This document shows, piece by piece, positions 59,733 through 64,000 of a DNA stretch of 64,000 nucleotides. The DNA is from Candidatus Nomurabacteria bacterium (lineage in GTDB: Bacteria > Patescibacteriota > Minisyncoccia > Phycocordibacterales > UBA9973), in the NCBI GenBank assembly GCA_020631955.1, contig JACKGL010000002.1, positions 77,860 through 141,859 of the forward strand. The letters run 5' to 3'. Under the pieces are notes generated by a model. The model worked only from the letters and a program-made list of their open reading frames with translations. It did not search any database and was not told the DNA's origin. A program made the position numbers and the translations under genes. How positions within the stretch are numbered: position 1 is the first letter of the stretch; each line of letters starts with the position of its first letter.

Positions 59733-62231
59733 CTAGTTAAAAGTTATAGTTTTTTCATCTACTCCTTTGTTGTAGTAAATATCATATACATTAGCTGTAA
59801 ATATGTACTGTTTGTTTTTTTCAACAACATCTTTTGAGTTGAATGTTATTTCATAAGGATATGTTGTATCAGCTCCTATATATACTCCATTTACAAACAA
59901 CTCAACTTTTTTAACATCGTAGTCTGTATCAACGTTAAAAGATATTTTTATAGTATCTGTATAGTTTATATTACTATTTGATGTTATTTGTACGTCTGTT
60001 TTTGTGTCTGGTGTGTGTATGTCGTCATAATAATCAGGTGCTTCTCCTATGGTATCTGTGTTATATAAATATTTATTTGTAAGCCACCAATTTTGTACAG
60101 AACTTTCCCAATTATTATATTGAGGATCTGAAGGTTCTAAAGGTATTGGTCCTAAAGGATTACTTTTATCTACCCAATGTAATATAGAGTGTACATTAGG
60201 TACTATTCTTTCTATAAGTGTTTCACTTGGTGTGTATTGTGTAGCTAAACCACCAGAAGCTGAATCTATAAGATACGTCTCACTTCCTTGCCAAACACCC
60301 CTTATAACAGGTTTTACACTATAATCTCCTACATAAGAATAATAAGGCTTCTCAAAGGCTGTAATAGGGTATTTTTTACTAGCTAGATCCATATAAGCTC
60401 TCCATGCGGCCCCAGATATACTAGAACCTTTTTTCATAGGAGAGTTATCGTTATTTCCACTCCAAACACCCACCACAAGGTTTGGTGTATATCCTAAAAG
60501 CCAAGCGTCTCTATTGTTGTTTGTGGTACCTGTTTTTCCTGCTACACCTATATCACCAAAATACAAGAATGATCTTGATCCAAAAAGAGGTGTACGAGCG
60601 ACGTTGTCTGACAAAACATCATCTATCATCAAAGCTTCATTTTTGTTTATAACTTGTCTTGGGTTTGGTTCGTATTTTTCTACCACATTACCTTCACTAT
60701 CTTCTATAAGAAGAATACCTGTTTTTTCTTGTCTTATACCACCGGTCGCAAACACTCCATATGAAGACACCATATCAAGCAAGGTCACTTCACCACCTCC
60801 CAAAACCAAAGTAAGTCCATATCTGTCTCCACTTGTAAGTGTACTTATACCCATATCCCTAGCTGTTTTTATAGAATCATCAACTCCAGCCAAGTATAAA
60901 AGTTTTACAGCTGGGATGTTTCTAGATTGACCCAAAGCATTTCTAAGTGTTATAGGGCCTTTATATAAACCGTCGTAGTTAGAAGGAGAATAACAAGTTT
61001 CTCTCTGCTCTCCCAAAGTACAAGATGAATTGAATTCTGTTTTTACATCAAATAAGACGGTGTCAGGGGTATAACCTTTTGTAAAAGCAGTGTAATAAAC
61101 AAATGGCTTGAAAGATGAACCAGGTTGTCTTAAGGCTGTTGCGATATTATAAGCACCGTCTATCTCTGTATCAAAATAGTCTCTAGAACCGACCATTGTT
61201 ATTATCTGACCAGTGTTTGGGTCTATAGCTACAAGACCTTGGTTTTCAGCATCCCAGTTTTCTTTATTTTTTATAGCGTTCTCGTATACTATTTCCTGCG
61301 CTTGTTCTTGGAGCTCCCAATCAAGAGTTGTTATTACTTTATAACCACTAGTGTTGAGGTTTTCTACTCCATACTTAGTTTCTAAGTAATCAAGTATATA
61401 AAAAACAAAATGAGGAGCTTTTATACTCTTTTTTTCTTGAGGCTTAAACTCTACCACTTCTTCTTTCGCTAAAGTAGCATCTTCTTGTGAGATATAACCT
61501 TGCTCCACCATTAGGTTTATAACAGTGTTTTTTCTATCCTCCAAAGCCTCTCTGTTTTTTCCATAAGGAGAATAATATGTTGGAGCGTTTGGTATAGAAG
61601 CCAAATAAGCAGCTTCGGCTATAGTCACCTCAGACGCAGATTTACCAAAAAACACCCTAGCAGCTTCTTCTATACCATACACAGTTCCACCAAAAGGAGC
61701 ATCGTTTAGATATATGGTTAAGATACCATCCTTACTCATAGATTTATCTAGTTTTAGAGCAAGCACAACCTCTTTTATTTTTCGAACAATTGTTTTTTCT
61801 TTGTTTAAAAGAGTATTTTTTATAACTTGTTGAGTTATAGTAGAACCACCTTGGCTAAGGGAGTTTGATTTTAGGTTTGCAACTAAGGATCTTATTATAG
61901 ACTTCACAACAATACCGTTGTGTTCATAAAAATACCTATCCTCTATAGCAACAAAGGCATCTTTTATATTTTGGTCTATTTTTTCAGAAGAAACCTCTAT
62001 TCTTTGTATATCTTTATTTGTGTCATATAAAAGTACTTCTCCTGTACGGTCGTAAATCTTTGTAGAATTGAGGCTCACCCTCTCTTCAAAGTTGCTAAAA
62101 TCAGGTAGATCAAGCGTTGCAAGCCATATAATAAAAAAACCCATCAAAACAAATCCAACACTAAAAATAGCCATAAAACCATTACGCCACCTCTTTAGGT
62201 GGTATTTGTTTATTCTAGTGAATTTACCCAT
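59733..62231 (-). CDS. class A penicillin-binding protein (bifunctional transglycosylase/transpeptidase) with a C-terminal extension
   Basis: Start at ATG 62231 (MGKFTRINKY...), then a TM helix. GT51 motifs EDRYFYEHNG and GGSTITQQ. Transpeptidase motifs SSFKP, SRN and KTGT. Confidence 0.93.
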   Translation of the reverse strand: MGKFTRINKYHLKRWRNGFMAIFSVGFVLMGFFIIWLATLDLPDFSNFEERVSLNSTKIYDRTGEVLLYDTNKDIQRIEVSSEKIDQNIKDAFVAIEDRYFYEHNGIVVKSIIRSLVANLKSNSLSQGGSTITQQVIKNTLLNKEKTIVRKIKEVVLALKLDKSMSKDGILTIYLNDAPFGGTVYGIEEAARVFFGKSASEVTIAEAAYLASIPNAPTYYSPYGKNREALEDRKNTVINLMVEQGYISQEDATLAKEEVVEFKPQEKKSIKAPHFVFYILDYLETKYGVENLNTSGYKVITTLDWELQEQAQEIVYENAIKNKENWDAENQGLVAIDPNTGQIITMVGSRDYFDTEIDGAYNIATALRQPGSSFKPFVYYTAFTKGYTPDTVLFDVKTEFNSSCTLGEQRETCYSPSNYDGLYKGPITLRNALGQSRNIPAVKLLYLAGVDDSIKTARDMGISTLTSGDRYGLTLVLGGGEVTLLDMVSSYGVFATGGIRQEKTGILLIEDSEGNVVEKYEPNPRQVINKNEALMIDDVLSDNVARTPLFGSRSFLYFGDIGVAGKTGTTNNNRDAWLLGYTPNLVVGVWSGNNDNSPMKKGSSISGAAWRAYMDLASKKYPITAFEKPYYSYVGDYSVKPVIRGVWQGSETYLIDSASGGLATQYTPSETLIERIVPNVHSILHWVDKSNPLGPIPLEPSDPQYNNWESSVQNWWLTNKYLYNTDTIGEAPDYYDDIHTPDTKTDVQITSNSNINYTDTIKISFNVDTDYDVKKVELFVNGVYIGADTTYPYEITFNSKDVVEKNKQYIFTANVYDIYYNKGVDEKTITFN

Positions 62232-62288
62232 GAGAAAATCATACCAAGAAAGACAAATATTAGGAAGTGTGATAAAGTAATTGTGTTT

Positions 62289-63503
62289 ATGGCTAACGTT
62301 ATAACTGATACAAAAAAGATAGAAGAAGTACTTTCTAGAGGAGTACACGACCTTTTTACGAAGGAAGAATTGATGAAAAAACTTACTTCCGGTAAAAGAC
62401 TAACTATAAAACTAGGTACAGATGTCACTGGTGGGGAACTACACCTAGGACATAGTGTTATGCATAGAAAAATGCGTGATTTTCAAGAACTTGGACACAA
62501 CGCTGTTATGATAATAGGTGACTATACAGTACTTGTGGGGGATCACTCAGATAAGGTAGATATGAGATCTGATAGAAGTAGTAAGGATATAGAAAAAGAC
62601 TTATCTGGGTTTAAAGACCAATTCTTCATGACTGTTATTAAAAAAGGAACAAAAGTTTTAAGAAATTCAAAATGGCTTAAAAAACTAAGTCTTGGAGATG
62701 TTATCAACCTGACAAAAAATTTTACAGTTTCACAACTTTTAGATAGAGAGACATTTTTACTAAGATACAAATCAGGTAAACCAATAGGTTTAGATGAATT
62801 TTTATACCCAATCATGCAAGGTTATGACTCTGTAGCTATAAAAGCAGATATAGAGCTTGGAGCCACTGACCAGACGTTTAATATTTTGGCAGGTAGGGTG
62901 TTAACAGAACATTTAAATAAAGCACCGCAATGTGGAATAACAATGAAGCTTCTTTTAGGCTCTGACGGCAGGCCTATGGGTAAAAGTTTGGGTAACTACA
63001 TACCACTTAAATCTTCTCCTTCAGATATGTATGGAAAAATCATGTCCATAGTAGATGGGGTTATATTTGATTATTTTGAGCTTGTTACTAGAGTGCCTAT
63101 GGATGAAATAAACAAAATGAAATCAGAAGTACAATCCGGCGCCAACCCTATGATATACAAAAAGAAATTAGCGCACGAAGTGGTGTCTTTCTACCATGGA
63201 ACAAAAAAAGCGGATGAGGCAGAAAACGATTTTGAGAATACTTTTAAAAAAGGTGATATACCAAAAGATACAAAAAAAGTAAAAGTACAAATAAAAGCTC
63301 CTATTGTAGATATTCTTATAAAAAATAAAGTTGTTAGCTCTAAAGCTGAGTTTAGAAGACTTATAGAAAGTGGCGCGATAACTTTTAAAGGATCACTAGA
63401 AGAAAAAAAGATTATAGATCCACATTCCTTAGCTGACGAATCTGGGTCTCTTAAAATAGGTAAGAAGAGGTTTATAAAAATAGAAGTTATAAAAAACAAA
63501 TAA
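62289..63503 (+). CDS. tyrS: tyrosine--tRNA ligase
   Basis: Start at ATG 62289 (MANVITD...). HIGH-like LHLGH, GATDQ, KMSKS-like PMGKSLGN, and a C-terminal S4-like domain (SKAEFRRLIESGAI). Confidence 0.88.
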   Translation: MANVITDTKKIEEVLSRGVHDLFTKEELMKKLTSGKRLTIKLGTDVTGGELHLGHSVMHRKMRDFQELGHNAVMIIGDYTVLVGDHSDKVDMRSDRSSKDIEKDLSGFKDQFFMTVIKKGTKVLRNSKWLKKLSLGDVINLTKNFTVSQLLDRETFLLRYKSGKPIGLDEFLYPIMQGYDSVAIKADIELGATDQTFNILAGRVLTEHLNKAPQCGITMKLLLGSDGRPMGKSLGNYIPLKSSPSDMYGKIMSIVDGVIFDYFELVTRVPMDEINKMKSEVQSGANPMIYKKKLAHEVVSFYHGTKKADEAENDFENTFKKGDIPKDTKKVKVQIKAPIVDILIKNKVVSSKAEFRRLIESGAITFKGSLEEKKIIDPHSLADESGSLKIGKKRFIKIEVIKNK

Positions 63504-63532
63504 AAAAACCGGTATAAGTACCGGTTTTTTTA
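63502..63532. terminator. bidirectional intrinsic terminator
   Basis: ACCGGTA-TAAG-TACCGGT flanked by an A-run and a T-run. Confidence 0.85.
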
Positions 63533-63552
63533 TTTAGTCAAAAAGGTAGTTT

Positions 63553-63777
63553 TTACTCCTCATCATCAAAATCCATGTCGAAGTCATCAGAATCGTCACC
63601 GTCGAAATCCATATCATCTCCTTCTTCTGCATCATCATCGAGATCCATTTCATCATCAGAGTTCATTACAAGATCATCGGTGAGTACTTCTTCTTCAAAA
63701 TATGCCATGTTGATTGGGTTATAACTATTTTTAATATCGACCATTTGACTAAAATCATAATCAAATTTCATACGCAA
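63553..63777 (-). CDS. small extremely acidic hypothetical protein (74 aa)
   Basis: C-terminal half is almost entirely D/E (DDEMDLDDDAEEGDDMDFDGDDSDDFDMDFDDEE). Confidence 0.4.
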   Translation of the reverse strand: MRMKFDYDFSQMVDIKNSYNPINMAYFEEEVLTDDLVMNSDDEMDLDDDAEEGDDMDFDGDDSDDFDMDFDDEE

Positions 63778-63852
63778 ATTGTACCAGAAAGATTATTCTT
63801 TCTGCTATACCTTGCCACCACATACCTGTGGAAAACTAGGTCGGCAGGTATT

Positions 63853-64000
63853 CTAATAGAAGAAACCAGAATATGCAACAGCTAGCGCATCTATTTCGTC
63901 GTCTATATATTTTTTGTCTTTTGGTAAGGCTAAAACAGTCCTTATCATCTTCTCTACTGCTGATTTTTCACTTTTACCATAGCCTGTAATAGCTATTTTT
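63853..64000 (-). CDS. ruvC: crossover junction endodeoxyribonuclease RuvC (C-terminal part; 5' end outside the window)
   Basis: My translation of the minus strand reads ...KIAITGYGKSEKSAVEKMIRTVLALPKDKKYIDDEIDALAVAYSGFFY*, matching the RuvC C-terminus (GyGkA.K.qV..MV...L.L......D..DAlA.A). Confidence 0.75.
   Translation of the reverse strand, partial: KIAITGYGKSEKSAVEKMIRTVLALPKDKKYIDDEIDALAVAYSGFFY

Noticed and set aside
62232-62288. T-box leader upstream of tyrS
   Set aside because: Only 57 nt separate the divergent PBP and tyrS start codons, far too short for a T-box (over 200 nt).

Overview
AT-rich bacterial chromosomal segment with small genes, tight gene packing and the standard genetic code. 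TGA is used as a stop codon at 5765-5767 and at 20972-20974 on the minus strand. Gene content suggests a reduced-genome, Patescibacteria/CPR-like organism, but that assignment is an inference.

The window contains the replication-origin neighbourhood: jag-yidC-yidD-rnpA-rpmH on the minus strand, divergent from dnaA-dnaN, with a DnaA-box cluster in the dnaA-dnaN spacer.

Housekeeping genes present: pnp, rpsO, a Xer recombinase, xth, nusA, ppa, tig, clpP, rny, hup, cca, comM/yifB, pcrA, rsmA, a class A PBP, tyrS and a partial ruvC.

A small tRNA locus carries Gly-GCC, Pro-TGG, Arg-TCG and Gly-TCC. It is littered with tRNA fragments, a GIY-YIG nuclease gene, a yraN-type nuclease gene and a recurring GTTTCACRTGAAAC palindrome.

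The most unusual region is a 22-kb block of 15 co-directional genes (32665-54715) that ends next to the origin-proximal jag-rpmH genes.
- It couples two ~1000-aa proteins of unknown family, PcrA and RsmA to an incomplete type IV secretion-like apparatus.
- The recognisable apparatus parts are a PrgI/VirB3-like protein, a VirB4 split into two ORFs, a VirB6/TrbL-like polytopic protein and a pilin-like protein with extra domains.
- No coupling ATPase or relaxase is present in the window.

No rRNA, CRISPR array, integrase or transposase was seen. All functional calls rest on motifs I read in the supplied translations and on base-pairing I checked by hand. No database search was run.
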